Source: a virus (lineage: Duplodnaviria; Caudoviricetes). Taken from it: a stretch of DNA of 52,407 nt. Shown one piece after another: positions 1 to 10,693 of the stretch. The DNA lies in IMG/VR virus record IMGVR_UViG_3300009008_003239, positions 1 to 52,407 of that record. The stretch is one strand, 5' to 3'. Position 1 is the stretch's first letter, and the number at the start of each line of letters is the position of its first letter. The translations under genes and the position numbers were made by a program. The notes beneath the pieces were generated by a model. It was given only the letters and a program-made list of their open reading frames with translations, was not told the DNA's origin and searched no databases.

Positions 1-2539
1 AATTATACAATATGCCAGGTGCAAATGTAGGCTCCAAAAATGCTTGAAGATCTTTTGCTGTGTTTGAGTCTGGGGACAGGTTTTCACTAATCAAATTTTT
101 AAAATCATTTCCTATCTCCACTGTCTTGGTTACTGGATAGAAATCTTTACTCAAGCGTGGTTTTTTAACTGCTTTTACTTTAAACTTTATTCGTGATGGT
201 ATTGTATGTACACCATTGTCAAATGGCCGGCCAATAATATTGGCGGCGTCACTCATACCTTCGGTGTGAGAATATTTCTCACTGAACACCACAGAAGCAC
301 TATCCTGAGTCCAATGTATGTCGATTTTAGGAAGTAGAGACGCGGTCACTAGTTGCGTCAATGGAACAAACGTGAACGAGTCTTTTGTTGCTGACGCGCT
401 AACGAAAGATTCAACTCCGGCGGATGATGAAGCCGCAATTCCGTCAATTAAAAGATTATTTACTTTTGTCTTGCGACTTGCGTTGTTTCCTAGGCCAAGT
501 GAAACATTTCTAAGTATTTTTCTTTTTTGGGAGCCCAGGGACACTCCCTCCGCGGTCTTCGATTGCGCTTTCATTGACGCAACTGCATGAGCCAACGCGT
601 CGACTTCCAATCCTCCCGTATTTTTTTCTTTATATAGCGGCTCGTCCAGCTTGTCCTTCATGTATAAGGAGAGATAATCATCCAAGTTTTCAGCTACTCT
701 ATATTCTGGGACTATAGAATACTCTCTTGCAACATATCCCAAGCTAGATGCATAATCGGAGTATAAGTTGAAGGACGGGTTCTTACCTCGGATCCTATTT
801 GTTGCATAAAATGGTGTATTATATGGAAAAGTATGTCTATTAAACTGAAGAGAGGCTGTCGGATTTAAATACCCTTCCAACTCTGTGTCGTATTGCGCTT
901 TCGTGTACCATATTGTCGGTTTAGTGCTATATACCAATTCGCCGGCGGTGCCAGTAAGGATGTTTACAAATTGAGAATATGCTGCAGTGGAGTTGGTGAC
1001 GAGATCGAATGAGGCCGTGGAGCTCAACGGATCCTCGCCAGCGCCGGAGAGTTTGTAACCAAGCGCCGAAGAGCTTAATGACGACGTAAAATACGGAGAA
1101 TCAGTTATATGCAGTGATGCGTCTGCCGTATCGAACTCTTTCATCCTGTGTGGAGTAACCCCAATTTGCAGGCCTCGGCCGCCGATACTAGAGGTTAGAT
1201 ACTCTGGTTTATCATAAATGTCTGGTCGAGGATCAAGTGGCCACATGCTTGTTAGGGATATCGGATAAGGCTGGTAGGCTTCAAGCGGAACGAAAGCGCC
1301 ATAAGGCGCTATAGTTGGTATACCATCGGCGCCAGGGGAGCCAGTTACTGTGGCTTGTACGCTGTGTGCTATAATGCCATTCTGTATGAATGATTGAGTA
1401 AAATTCCAATCAACCGGAGTCTCAGTACTGGTGGGGTTTATCAAAGGTCGTACACCCTCTATCAGGGTTGGAGTACCGGAGGCGGCATAGACGCCCCAAT
1501 TTCCGCTAAGATACATAGATTGTGTGATATCTTGAGAGTTGAGGGCAGCACCCACTGTTCTAGCTCGTGTCGTTCCGTCAGAGCCTATGTTTTGTGCTAA
1601 TGCAGGTTGTGAATCTTTCCAAAAACTACGGTTTATGGTCCTATCATAGCCATTTGACCCAGTTCCTGCAATCTCCTCATAGGTGGGTCTTTCTAACTTA
1701 TATGTGCGGAAGGTGTTTATGCTCTTTGGGAATATTGTTTGCGAATATATAAAATTAGTCGCGCCCATGTCCTTTGCCACGTCTATAAGTTTATAATATT
1801 GTTGTTTTGATTTTTTAAATCCCTGAAATGTTCCAGTTAATTGGTCTCCGGCTGCTAATTTAAGCAAGTTGTTCATTTCTTTGTTTTCAAAGTACACCAT
1901 TTGGTTCATGAGTGTTGAACGAACTTTGGCTGTCGAGCCAAACAAAGACACACTGTATATAAACGGCTTATGCTTCTTGATAACAGACGGCTCATAATAC
2001 TGACTTAGTGTGCTCTCCGGTGGTGTGCTAGTTTTGAGATATTTAACATCCGAACCAAGAGGATACACTTGCTCTTCTAAGTAACGATCTCGCAATATTC
2101 TTTTGTTTCTGACGATAGGATCCGGATCTGATGGATCGATCGACATCGTGTTGTTAAGGCGAAGTTTTCTCGCGACGGGATGTTCGGCGCCTCTGTATTG
2201 CTTCCACGAAGGGTGCTGATATGGCCCATTGCGATGGTGGAGAAGGCCATTTAAAACATATGTCAGTTCAGGGAACGGTGCGGCGTAGGTAATAAGGCCA
2301 CCTTGATAGGGATAGTCGTAACCAGTTGGACCATGGGCGTTTTCGTGGCCTAGGGTGTTTTGGCTAGCAGTTATGGGATCATTAACGTTCGTGTTCAACC
2401 CAACAAAGTCATTCTTAATAAACTGAGTTGATCCAGCATGCTGGTCTGGCCCATAAACGCGCACGTAACCAGGGACTGGCTGGTCATAGCTTCCAAAATC
2501 ACTCGCACTAATAAAATTTAATGATCCACTTGTTGCCAT
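1..2539 (-). CDS. Large virion/baseplate-associated protein, partial (runs off the left edge, >846 aa)
   Basis: Absent from the ORF track, consistent with no stop inside the window. ATG at 2539 preceded by GAGG, reading MATSGSLNFISASDFGSYDQPVPGYVRVYG...NGLLHHRNGPYQHPSWKQYRG. The same frame is still open at the left edge (...FYPVTKTVEIG...FLEPTFAPGILYN). Both ends translated by hand; the middle was not fully checked. Follows the baseplate genes. Confidence 0.8.
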   Translation of the reverse strand, partial: MATSGSLNFISASDFGSYDQPVPGYVRVYGPDQHAGSTQFIKNDFVGLNTNVNDPITASQNTLGHENAHGPTGYDYPYQGGLITYAAPFPELTYVLNGLLHHRNGPYQHPSWKQYRGAEHPVARKLRLNNTMSIDPSDPDPIVRNKRILRDRYLEEQVYPLGSDVKYLKTSTPPESTLSQYYEPSVIKKHKPFIYSVSLFGSTAKVRSTLMNQMVYFENKEMNNLLKLAAGDQLTGTFQGFKKSKQQYYKLIDVAKDMGATNFIYSQTIFPKSINTFRTYKLERPTYEEIAGTGSNGYDRTINRSFWKDSQPALAQNIGSDGTTRARTVGAALNSQDITQSMYLSGNWGVYAASGTPTLIEGVRPLINPTSTETPVDWNFTQSFIQNGIIAHSVQATVTGSPGADGIPTIAPYGAFVPLEAYQPYPISLTSMWPLDPRPDIYDKPEYLTSSIGGRGLQIGVTPHRMKEFDTADASLHITDSPYFTSSLSSSALGYKLSGAGEDPLSSTASFDLVTNSTAAYSQFVNILTGTAGELVYSTKPTIWYTKAQYDTELEGYLNPTASLQFNRHTFPYNTPFYATNRIRGKNPSFNLYSDYASSLGYVAREYSIVPEYRVAENLDDYLSLYMKDKLDEPLYKEKNTGGLEVDALAHAVASMKAQSKTAEGVSLGSQKRKILRNVSLGLGNNASRKTKVNNLLIDGIAASSSAGVESFVSASATKDSFTFVPLTQLVTASLLPKIDIHWTQDSASVVFSEKYSHTEGMSDAANIIGRPFDNGVHTIPSRIKFKVKAVKKPRLSKDFYPVTKTVEIGNDFKNLISENLSPDSNTAKDLQAFLEPTFAPGILYN

Positions 2540-2560
2540 TTTTGCCTCATTCCTGCCTTA

Positions 2561-2567
2561 TAATTAG
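2561..2567 (-). promoter_or_regulatory. Putative phage late-promoter motif CTAATTA
   Basis: Lies in the 36-bp intergenic gap, 21 nt upstream of the ATG at 2539. The same CTAWTTA motif occurs before several other genes. Confidence 0.4.
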
Positions 2568-2575
2568 ATTATACC

Positions 2576-5500
2576 CTAAATTAATGATGCTGTTATCCAT
2601 CTTGTTTGATTATCTGTTCTCGGAATCATATGCGATACAAACGCATTGTCATAAAAAGACGCAGTGTTGGTGGAGAGGATAGGATCATGAGCCACTCCAA
2701 CACTAGTGCCAGCAGATGCAGTTGTTCTGGTTGGTCGGCTGGAGGAGCCCGACAGATGATTGTTGCCCTTCCTATCTAATGTCAGATGTACATCATCTCC
2801 TGATAACGTGTCTCCCGTATCTCCAAGCCTCCACCATGAAACTAGATCAGAATATTTTGGATGATTTGTTAAATCCCCAGGCGCAGGGGTGAAGCTAGAA
2901 GAATATCCAGGATCAGTGCTGGATCCTAAGTAGATCTTCTGTACGTCGTCGGCGGTTAGTTCCGTGCCCCATAAACTCACTTCGTCTACACAGCCATCAG
3001 CATATTGGTATGTTATTGAGCCGTCGAGGCGCCCTATATATATCGGCGCATCACTATTATGCATCGCAGTGTAAGACCCGAAGTCGCTACGCGTTGCTGA
3101 TTGTGAAACTCCATTCAGATATAGCGTCATGACCTTATCCTCGCCTTGGGCGTCAGCTGTCGCGCAAATATGTATCCACTGCCCCTCATAAGCAGTCAGT
3201 GAACCTGTCATGATCGCCTGCTCGTAGACGCTTACGTTGTTATCGTATGTACGAAAATACAATTGATCTCCAGCAGTGGTCGCTAATCTATATTCAATAT
3301 GGGTGAGGTCGGACTGAACATCTCTTTTTTCGAAAATACAGAATGAGGATGCATCACCCATTTTAACCCAACCGCTGATTGAAAACGCAGAGTCGGACGA
3401 CGCGTCGCCGAAAGACAAGCTATCATCATCAGAACCAGAAAAATACTGGGATGTACCATCGAAGCACGATGCGTAAGTGTTGGAAAATGTGCCGGGCTGT
3501 GGGTCATAAGGGGTTGGAACGTCATTTTCCAACCTTTCAATGTTGTTTCTGTGGTATTTGTGTTTTGCAGCATCACCAGCTAGTGTATAATCTAGCGCGT
3601 TGATGGAGCCAGTTTGCTCAAGCATGGAACCAGTTCCCAGGATGCGGGCGGAGGTCGATCCAAGGCCATGGGTGCTAACACCATATTGCCCCTGGTGGGC
3701 CTGGAGTTGAGTGTTGTATACAATCCTAGAAGACATATTTCTATACGATATCGCGTTATAAACAGAATATGTCTCATGCTCAGGGTCTAAAAAGCCCCTA
3801 GAGAGTGTTTCAAATCCGCCCGGGGAGCTAAATTTTGTCTTTATTCGTGTTTTATTGCGTGTTGAGCCAGTCAAAAATGACCGATCAGGGAGAGTGTAGT
3901 CAATAAACGTGCCCAATGAGCGAGGAATTCCTGGTGTCGCAGATAAGAGGCCTTGGATTGGTAAAGATCGCAGTAATTCCGGCCCAGAGGTTGGAATTTG
4001 ATCTATATTTTTAACAAAATATGGGTCATTAGCTTCGGGACTAGTGGTGTTAGCATATTCGTATTTGTTCAAATAATTTCCTGCAATTGTAGGAGAATTT
4101 CCAACCATTTGAATATTTCTAATGTTAACTGGGCGCTTCGCAATTGTGTCGCGGGTGTAGATGGCGCCGGGTCTGTTGTGGTTGTCGTGTGTCGGTGATA
4201 GAAACTTTATAGAATTCTGATCCCACGAACCAGGGGAAGCCACGGGCGCCCGATTGTAGATATAAATACCGTCAACAGCTGCATCGCTCAAGTACGTACC
4301 GCCGGCGGTGTAGAAAAATCTAATATAGAATCTTCTATTTTTAAAATTAGCTAAAGTTTTACTACCGGTAGCACTACCTAAGCCAGTGTTGTGGCCATCT
4401 GTATCAACATACACACTGTTAAATGGATCGGTATCGGCGGTTTGCACTTGGCCAGAAAGTATTACGATGTCTTCTGTTGCATCCGCGGGAAAATCTGGGT
4501 CTATTGACGCCTGGACCTTCAGTTCGTTGATCGCCGTGCCGTACATGTGGTATGTGAATATCATCGCCACTGTCGAATCAACGTCCAGGGCGTCAATCAA
4601 CGGCGTGACCAAGCCGAAAGTCTCACCAGCATATGAAGGGATAACCTCGCAATACGCGTACTTACCAGAAGCAGGGCCTGTGCCTGCGGATGGGGTTGCT
4701 CCCGCTAAAAATGTCCATGGGTGATCGGCGCCCACACCGTTGCGCCAGCGCTCATGAGGACTTGGATCGCCAGCGGCCGACCCCGCGGGGGGGTCAAGAA
4801 TAGAAACGTCCGTTGATCCGCCCGAATCAGCTCCGTTAAAGGATTCCAGCAAAACAGTCTCGGCGCTGGTTGTCGTGCCGAAGTGCTCCAGGTGCCAGCC
4901 TTCTGGTCTTGTGGCGTTAGTGTCGGTGCCCAAATTAAGGCCGACATGTCTATGCTGCATTCCGCCAACATATTTTTCTGTAAATGGCCCTTGGAGGGGT
5001 ATCTCCTGGTCTCTGCCGTACTTGTCTTCGTGGAGGGCGTTAATACCAAATTTAAAATCGTCCGCATGCTGGCCTTGGTATCCAGTCGTCAGTGACGAAG
5101 AATGCATAGTAAAAGGCAACAGAAGATCCGCGTCAGCGTCTGTGTATTTGAGATCATTAGCAAAACTACCAAAAGCATCAGAATCGGTCGTCTCAGTAGC
5201 GGGCATTGTCAGTGCTTTTACTCTAAATTTCTTTTTTTGTAATTCTGGGGGAGTTACTTGGTCATTGCAGACAGTCTGCTGAACTTCGTTGTCGACGTCT
5301 ATATAGATAAAATCATCGTCGCTGCCCCATTTAACAATATTTTTATAAAAACCGTGAATCTTGTTGTTTTGTGGGTTCGCTCCACCTTTTAGTTTTAAAG
5401 ACCTGTGAGTCACCAAATCTACTGGCCTTGCTAGACTTCTGTTGTGATAATAACTTCTTGAGTATCTGGTGCCAGCGATAGTCTGGAGGGTTACAGGGGA

Positions 5501-8500
5501 CCCAGACACCTCAGTGATTGTAGTTTTTAATATGACTTCTTTGTTATCGTCAATATTGGAGTCTCCAGAAGACAATACATCGTCACGCTCTGCTCGTTGT
5601 TTCCACCACAGACAATTAATGTCTTGATTCGTATTTTCATCCGGGGAGACCGGCGCATGACCAAATTTCCAATTATATTTAAGCTCTTCAATGGCACTTA
5701 TAGAAGATACCAACTCTGGTACTTTTCCTTCTAATGTCGGGAACTTAGTCCAATATTTGTTTCTTTCAAGTACGTGGCTCTCCACCATGTTGCGCAGCAG
5801 ACCGACGGTGTTAGAAGACACTGGAATAAGCTGCATTATCATTATCGTTACAGCATCATCGATCCACTTGAAATATTCTATAAACTTCTCTAGATCCAAT
5901 ATTTCATTTTCAACATTTTCAAAGAAAAGTTGTCTTAATTTCTCCAGTTTTTTATAATGTTGCCGATATCTGTTGACCGGCTCACCGACGAGATTGTTGA
6001 AATCCACCACTGTTGCGAACATGCGAAGCATCTCTTCAGATACAGTCTGGTACATGCTCTTTTCTACTGATAAAATGTGCTGCACATACGTTGTGTCTCT
6101 AGTGAACACAACATCATCTTGCTTGTTCAGGATCTTCACCATATCATCGCTATTAGCTATCTCTGGTAGCTTCTGCTTCGCAGTCTGAACAAATTCAATA
6201 TCTACGGCTTGGTCAGAATTAGCAACGAAATTGTCGCCCAAACCAGAATAATTATAGCGACTCAAAGGGCTAGCCCAATAATCGCCAAACTTCTTGTTGT
6301 CGTCTGTCGAGCCTGATGCAAAATCTTCTATTAAAAACTGTCCTGTGGTGCTTGAACTAACAACATTGTCCATGGTCCAGTTCATTATTAGTGATGAGGC
6401 CTGTGGTACGTAATTGCTATTTAAAGAATCATTAGTATTTCTAAGAGGTTGAAGCGACCCATGAGAATCTGCATTCCTTGCGTGTGCGCGGACGACTTCA
6501 TCCGATAGATAATCCAGCCATACACGCGTTGATGTGATTTTTACATCAGAGTGCCTCGTAACAGAACCAGTATAGTTAGTTCTTGCTGCTCCTAGGAATA
6601 TTCTCTTCGGCTTTGTGAAGAATGTCTCAGCATCAGACAAACTCATTGTACCAGATAACGTAAATTCATTTTGTAATATATTAGAAACGTAATTTACACC
6701 ATAAAGTTCGTAAGTATAGGCGCTGTCTGCGGGCTCAAAGTATCCAACAGAAGTGTTTAATGTTGCATTTGTGTCTGTTCTCGCCTTTGTCGGACGCAGG
6801 CGAAATGCTAAATTCCATTTTTCATTATCATATATAGCAGGGAACGAAGTAGAATTTTCTAGTTCTGTAAAGACAGAAGATCCAGTAGTTTTTAATGCAA
6901 ATTTTGCATTTCTAAGATCATTATCTGATTTTTCTACAATAACATTGAAGTTTACTGTGTCATCAGTATCAAATGTCATGTCTGTATTGGACTCTGTTAC
7001 GGCATGAAGCCCAAAAAGAGAAGATTCTGTACTTGGGAACATTTGGTAGTTCACGTCACCGACGATTGATCGCTTGGGGAAAAACACTTCTGTTTCAATT
7101 GTCATCATTGCGCCGGTCAGGAGGGAAGCCGTGGCAGCAGGTATATAAGAAATAGAGTTCGAATCAGTTGAAGAAGTCGCCTGATACGCGTTCGCGGTGT
7201 AAATGTTGGCATAGTTACCATTTGCAGCAAACCTGGTTTCAGCGTCGTCAAAATCCACATATTTCTTCTGGATGTGGCCGTGAGTTTCATTATTCTTAAA
7301 CTCGTGAACCCCGTCGACAGAATAGATATTTAATTTAATTAACTCTTCGTCAACGCCGAAGCAACGAAGGAAGTTTCTTAGGGACTTGAAAGTACCCTTT
7401 GACTTCTGTATGAACGATAAGTTGTTGTAAATGTTCTGATATATTATGTTTTTAACTTCATAGAGTTTCTTCTCGAACAGCTTCTTCTCATCGCGCTCTA
7501 GATATTTAGCCAAATCAGAAGCGCCGGCAAAAAGCTCCGGTGCATCATACCCCCTCGACGATAAGAGTCTACTTGCAAATGGCAACGGCTTTTCATAGCT
7601 GTTATCATCTGGATAGTTTATATCTTTTAAGGTTGGTAATTTCTCAATCTGGAGGTATAAATCATCGAAATAGCTAGCCAATATTTGAGTTAAATACTTT
7701 AAATTATTAGATTTTTCTTCGTCTTCTTCGGCAATCCAACCAGGAAGTGATTTGTATATAGAAGAAACATTATTGTGATCATGTTCACGACCAGTAGACT
7801 GTTTTGATGCGGCGAGGGCGATAACATCCGGATGATTAGAGTAAATTATTGGATCTTTGAATTCTTTTGTTGCGGCATTAGAGATCACAATAGCAGAGTC
7901 AGTAGATCTACACTCCGAAGAGTAATTTATAAAAGTACCGTTTGAGATCCGACCTGAGTAATCTAGAATCGACGCGTCTGTCGTTGAATCTGTCGTGATA
8001 CCTTCATTAAATTTGTAATAAACACCCAAGTCGACCTTGTTTACTATTTCATTATATTTTGCGTTGTCTGTGTTAGTTCCGCCCCCTATTTGGTCTCTAT
8101 AAAAGCGGCCAATCTGCTGTGCGTCTCTTTCTGTTTTCCAATATCTAAATTCATCAAACGATGAAGAAACTATGTTAGACCAACCAGCACCATATTCTTC
8201 TGTGCCTGTGAATACGATACCATTAGGTAAAGCGCCGAGGCCTGCGGATAGAGACCCCGTAGGGGCAGTTAAAGTTTTTGATGTCTCTGTATGTTTAAAC
8301 ACATGTGCACCATCGACATACAAGTTTACAACGGTATCAGAGCCATATGTTTTAGAAGTAACTGCATAATGATGCCACGTGTCGTCGGCTACCGTAGACA
8401 AACCAGTGTCGAGAAATTGAAACACCTCCGTACCCGAGCTGTCGCGGGCCCGAACAGCAAGCGCGCTTGGTAAAGACGGAGTTGTAAATATCCACAAAAA

Positions 8501-9166
8501 TGAATCATTCGTTGTGGATCCAGTAGTGGTGTTCATGAAGATAGTCTCTATTGAGCTAGCCTCTGCAAAACCACCCTTTTTCATCCAAAACTCAACAGTG
8601 ACGCCCTTGTCCATGTCCATTTCTAGATTGTTGGTGCGCTGCGACGCTGTATGGTATATGTTGGCTTTAGAGATGCCAGTTTTAGACGGGCCCGGCGCAA
8701 AATCTGATTTATAATCACCTGAGGGATCTGCATGCGGACCGCCCTGAAAATAAACATATTGTGGTGCAGATGAGCTATATATTGAGCTAGCAACGTTAGA
8801 AGTGTATGTGTGAGAAGAGCTGTTAAAGGTTATAAAGCCGTTTGTTCTTGGATACTCGTTTTCGAACAAAAATAGGTCTAAATATGTACTATTGTTCTCC
8901 CATTCAATCTTTTCTGCTTGGGAACCATCGTAAGGATATGTTTGATAAATCCGCTTAATGGCAGTATCATAATATTCTTCAGCTAAACCAAATTTTGCAA
9001 AATTCGATGCCGTGGTAAAATCTACATCTGGTATAAAACGATCACGTCGCGTACTATAGACATCAATATACTTATGAGATTCTACATCCTCAGCTAATTT
9101 TTCTTGAGTTTTGTTTTTAACGGACTTTAATGAAAGTCCCTTGTCGAATAAGTCTTTTATGCCCAT
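2576..9166 (-). CDS. Giant baseplate wedge/adhesin protein (gp7/P2 gpI-like segment) with LamG (concanavalin-like) domains and a MAM domain
   Basis: 2196 aa. LamG motifs near the N-terminus (TVEFWMK...WHHYAVT...LYVDG...FDEFRYW) and C-terminus (FSISGWVK...WIHICAT...LYLNG...IYIGR...VDEVSLW). KSKGTFKSLRNFLRCFG resembles tail protein I/gp7. MAM motif ATPSAGTGP...FTYHMYG. Adjacent to gp6/gp25-like genes. Confidence 0.75.
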   Translation of the reverse strand: MGIKDLFDKGLSLKSVKNKTQEKLAEDVESHKYIDVYSTRRDRFIPDVDFTTASNFAKFGLAEEYYDTAIKRIYQTYPYDGSQAEKIEWENNSTYLDLFLFENEYPRTNGFITFNSSSHTYTSNVASSIYSSSAPQYVYFQGGPHADPSGDYKSDFAPGPSKTGISKANIYHTASQRTNNLEMDMDKGVTVEFWMKKGGFAEASSIETIFMNTTTGSTTNDSFLWIFTTPSLPSALAVRARDSSGTEVFQFLDTGLSTVADDTWHHYAVTSKTYGSDTVVNLYVDGAHVFKHTETSKTLTAPTGSLSAGLGALPNGIVFTGTEEYGAGWSNIVSSSFDEFRYWKTERDAQQIGRFYRDQIGGGTNTDNAKYNEIVNKVDLGVYYKFNEGITTDSTTDASILDYSGRISNGTFINYSSECRSTDSAIVISNAATKEFKDPIIYSNHPDVIALAASKQSTGREHDHNNVSSIYKSLPGWIAEEDEEKSNNLKYLTQILASYFDDLYLQIEKLPTLKDINYPDDNSYEKPLPFASRLLSSRGYDAPELFAGASDLAKYLERDEKKLFEKKLYEVKNIIYQNIYNNLSFIQKSKGTFKSLRNFLRCFGVDEELIKLNIYSVDGVHEFKNNETHGHIQKKYVDFDDAETRFAANGNYANIYTANAYQATSSTDSNSISYIPAATASLLTGAMMTIETEVFFPKRSIVGDVNYQMFPSTESSLFGLHAVTESNTDMTFDTDDTVNFNVIVEKSDNDLRNAKFALKTTGSSVFTELENSTSFPAIYDNEKWNLAFRLRPTKARTDTNATLNTSVGYFEPADSAYTYELYGVNYVSNILQNEFTLSGTMSLSDAETFFTKPKRIFLGAARTNYTGSVTRHSDVKITSTRVWLDYLSDEVVRAHARNADSHGSLQPLRNTNDSLNSNYVPQASSLIMNWTMDNVVSSSTTGQFLIEDFASGSTDDNKKFGDYWASPLSRYNYSGLGDNFVANSDQAVDIEFVQTAKQKLPEIANSDDMVKILNKQDDVVFTRDTTYVQHILSVEKSMYQTVSEEMLRMFATVVDFNNLVGEPVNRYRQHYKKLEKLRQLFFENVENEILDLEKFIEYFKWIDDAVTIMIMQLIPVSSNTVGLLRNMVESHVLERNKYWTKFPTLEGKVPELVSSISAIEELKYNWKFGHAPVSPDENTNQDINCLWWKQRAERDDVLSSGDSNIDDNKEVILKTTITEVSGSPVTLQTIAGTRYSRSYYHNRSLARPVDLVTHRSLKLKGGANPQNNKIHGFYKNIVKWGSDDDFIYIDVDNEVQQTVCNDQVTPPELQKKKFRVKALTMPATETTDSDAFGSFANDLKYTDADADLLLPFTMHSSSLTTGYQGQHADDFKFGINALHEDKYGRDQEIPLQGPFTEKYVGGMQHRHVGLNLGTDTNATRPEGWHLEHFGTTTSAETVLLESFNGADSGGSTDVSILDPPAGSAAGDPSPHERWRNGVGADHPWTFLAGATPSAGTGPASGKYAYCEVIPSYAGETFGLVTPLIDALDVDSTVAMIFTYHMYGTAINELKVQASIDPDFPADATEDIVILSGQVQTADTDPFNSVYVDTDGHNTGLGSATGSKTLANFKNRRFYIRFFYTAGGTYLSDAAVDGIYIYNRAPVASPGSWDQNSIKFLSPTHDNHNRPGAIYTRDTIAKRPVNIRNIQMVGNSPTIAGNYLNKYEYANTTSPEANDPYFVKNIDQIPTSGPELLRSLPIQGLLSATPGIPRSLGTFIDYTLPDRSFLTGSTRNKTRIKTKFSSPGGFETLSRGFLDPEHETYSVYNAISYRNMSSRIVYNTQLQAHQGQYGVSTHGLGSTSARILGTGSMLEQTGSINALDYTLAGDAAKHKYHRNNIERLENDVPTPYDPQPGTFSNTYASCFDGTSQYFSGSDDDSLSFGDASSDSAFSISGWVKMGDASSFCIFEKRDVQSDLTHIEYRLATTAGDQLYFRTYDNNVSVYEQAIMTGSLTAYEGQWIHICATADAQGEDKVMTLYLNGVSQSATRSDFGSYTAMHNSDAPIYIGRLDGSITYQYADGCVDEVSLWGTELTADDVQKIYLGSSTDPGYSSSFTPAPGDLTNHPKYSDLVSWWRLGDTGDTLSGDDVHLTLDRKGNNHLSGSSSRPTRTTASAGTSVGVAHDPILSTNTASFYDNAFVSHMIPRTDNQTRWITASLI

Positions 9167-9187
9167 GTTTTGGTCCAGCCATCTAAA

Positions 9188-10693
9188 TTAATTATCTTCG
9201 ACTCTAAATTTGAACACTTCTTCTTGTTCGCGCCAATCTTCAGAAGAGTGGAAAGCGAATTTAATCCCGTACATATATCCAGGCTCCAACAAGGACATGT
9301 CCAAATCAAAATAGCTGCCGGATGCATCATATGACAAATAAGTGTGATAAGTCGTACTACCAGTTGAGTTGTTGATGATAGTCCTCTCGTCCGCCATTCT
9401 TATAACCTCGTAGGACGCGCTGGGAATAGTCACATTTTCTATGTCCGTACTGGCTACTGTGTAGATAGTGGGGCTAAAATTGCGCGGACGCGTGAAAACC
9501 CTAAATCTTGCGATTTCTTCTTTAGAATATCGTGGCTTTAGATTTGTTATTTTTGTTACATACTGGTTATAGTCATTTGATACTAGTACACTAGAATCAT
9601 TAAAGTTTTTGACAGAAATAGATCCCGTCTTGTACTCTCCGCCAATCGACCCAGACCATACATCGTGGATTAAAGAAGCTGTAGTGTTGATGGAGAGTTC
9701 TGCTTTGTAAACACCAGTACTAGTCTTTGTAGCTGTCGCTGAAGTTAGTATAGAGCCGGTTGGCACGTCATCAGAGCTATCGTACAGATTAACAGTTAAA
9801 GTTTCGGTATGTGGAATATCAACCAATCGCCCCCTAATGTAGTTATATAAGAAAAGATTGTTCAAGTTATCAGAAGCAGGAGCTATAGATGAACTGGAGT
9901 AGAAATTACCACGATCGTCTGTAACTCTAGAGTCCCAGCGCGCTTCTATCGCAGGGCGCTTGAAGAAGAATTCGCTGCTTCTTGAGAAAAAGCGCTTTGT
10001 ATAGTAACTTTTTTCCTGACCGGACGGATTGTGTATTACATTGTCTTCATCTTGTCCAGAAGAGTTAGATGCGTAGCCCTCTTGGCTAGAGGTTAAAAAT
10101 ATTCCAAATCCGTTGTTGTCTTGTGTGCCAGTTAGCCACTCCTCAACTGCAGATGTCACATCCAACAACATATCCTCATAGCCGTTTTCAAAAGTAAATG
10201 TATAATTTGGCATGGTCTCGCCGGCAACGTACGAGGAGGAATGATAATCTCCACCTATCTTAGTCCAAGCAGACGCTGAGAGTCTATTAATCCAGTTCGA
10301 GCCTTCGATTTTTTCTTTTGTCTCGTCCTTATATGTCTCCATGTCCAAGCCGGAACCCTCTTGCCAAGACTGTGACACGGCCAGAACGTTTACAGTGAAA
10401 TTTTCAGGTAATTGCTCGGAATGGCGCGCGTTGAACACCCTTAAATAAAAATTCACGCTCCCTGAATCGGGGATTTTGCCTGATGATCGATCTGATGATA
10501 TGTCGTCTACCGGAAATTCTACTAATATTCGCGATAATTCAACAGATGACGTCGTTTGTAACCCATATATTGAGAATGTTTCCAGTATATCTGAGGCTCC
10601 CATGTTAGAGCCCGTTGCGCGAGTAGATAAGTCAATACCATACGCGTTCGTAATGGTGTTATCTTTAGTAGCAATATATTTCTTTATACCCAT
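9188..10693 (-). CDS. Virion structural protein with DNRLRE/CBM96-like beta-sandwich domain
   Basis: 501 aa. Pattern DNTI...N.GAS...SRILVEF...VSQSWQEGSG...DVTSAVEEWL...NNGFGI resembles DNRLRE-domain proteins. TAATG coupling to the upstream gp6-like gene. Confidence 0.55.
   Translation of the reverse strand: MGIKKYIATKDNTITNAYGIDLSTRATGSNMGASDILETFSIYGLQTTSSVELSRILVEFPVDDISSDRSSGKIPDSGSVNFYLRVFNARHSEQLPENFTVNVLAVSQSWQEGSGLDMETYKDETKEKIEGSNWINRLSASAWTKIGGDYHSSSYVAGETMPNYTFTFENGYEDMLLDVTSAVEEWLTGTQDNNGFGIFLTSSQEGYASNSSGQDEDNVIHNPSGQEKSYYTKRFFSRSSEFFFKRPAIEARWDSRVTDDRGNFYSSSSIAPASDNLNNLFLYNYIRGRLVDIPHTETLTVNLYDSSDDVPTGSILTSATATKTSTGVYKAELSINTTASLIHDVWSGSIGGEYKTGSISVKNFNDSSVLVSNDYNQYVTKITNLKPRYSKEEIARFRVFTRPRNFSPTIYTVASTDIENVTIPSASYEVIRMADERTIINNSTGSTTYHTYLSYDASGSYFDLDMSLLEPGYMYGIKFAFHSSEDWREQEEVFKFRVEDN

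Noticed and set aside
3040-3070. Intein C-terminal motif (HN-S in AMHNSD)
   Set aside because: It lies within the LamG domain, and no intein N-terminal block or homing endonuclease motifs are seen.
4779-4795. GACCCC/GGGGTC inverted repeat containing a G7 run (terminator or phase-variation tract)
   Set aside because: Inside an intact ORF (encodes DPPAGS), has no U-tract, and a 7-nt run is unremarkable without read evidence.
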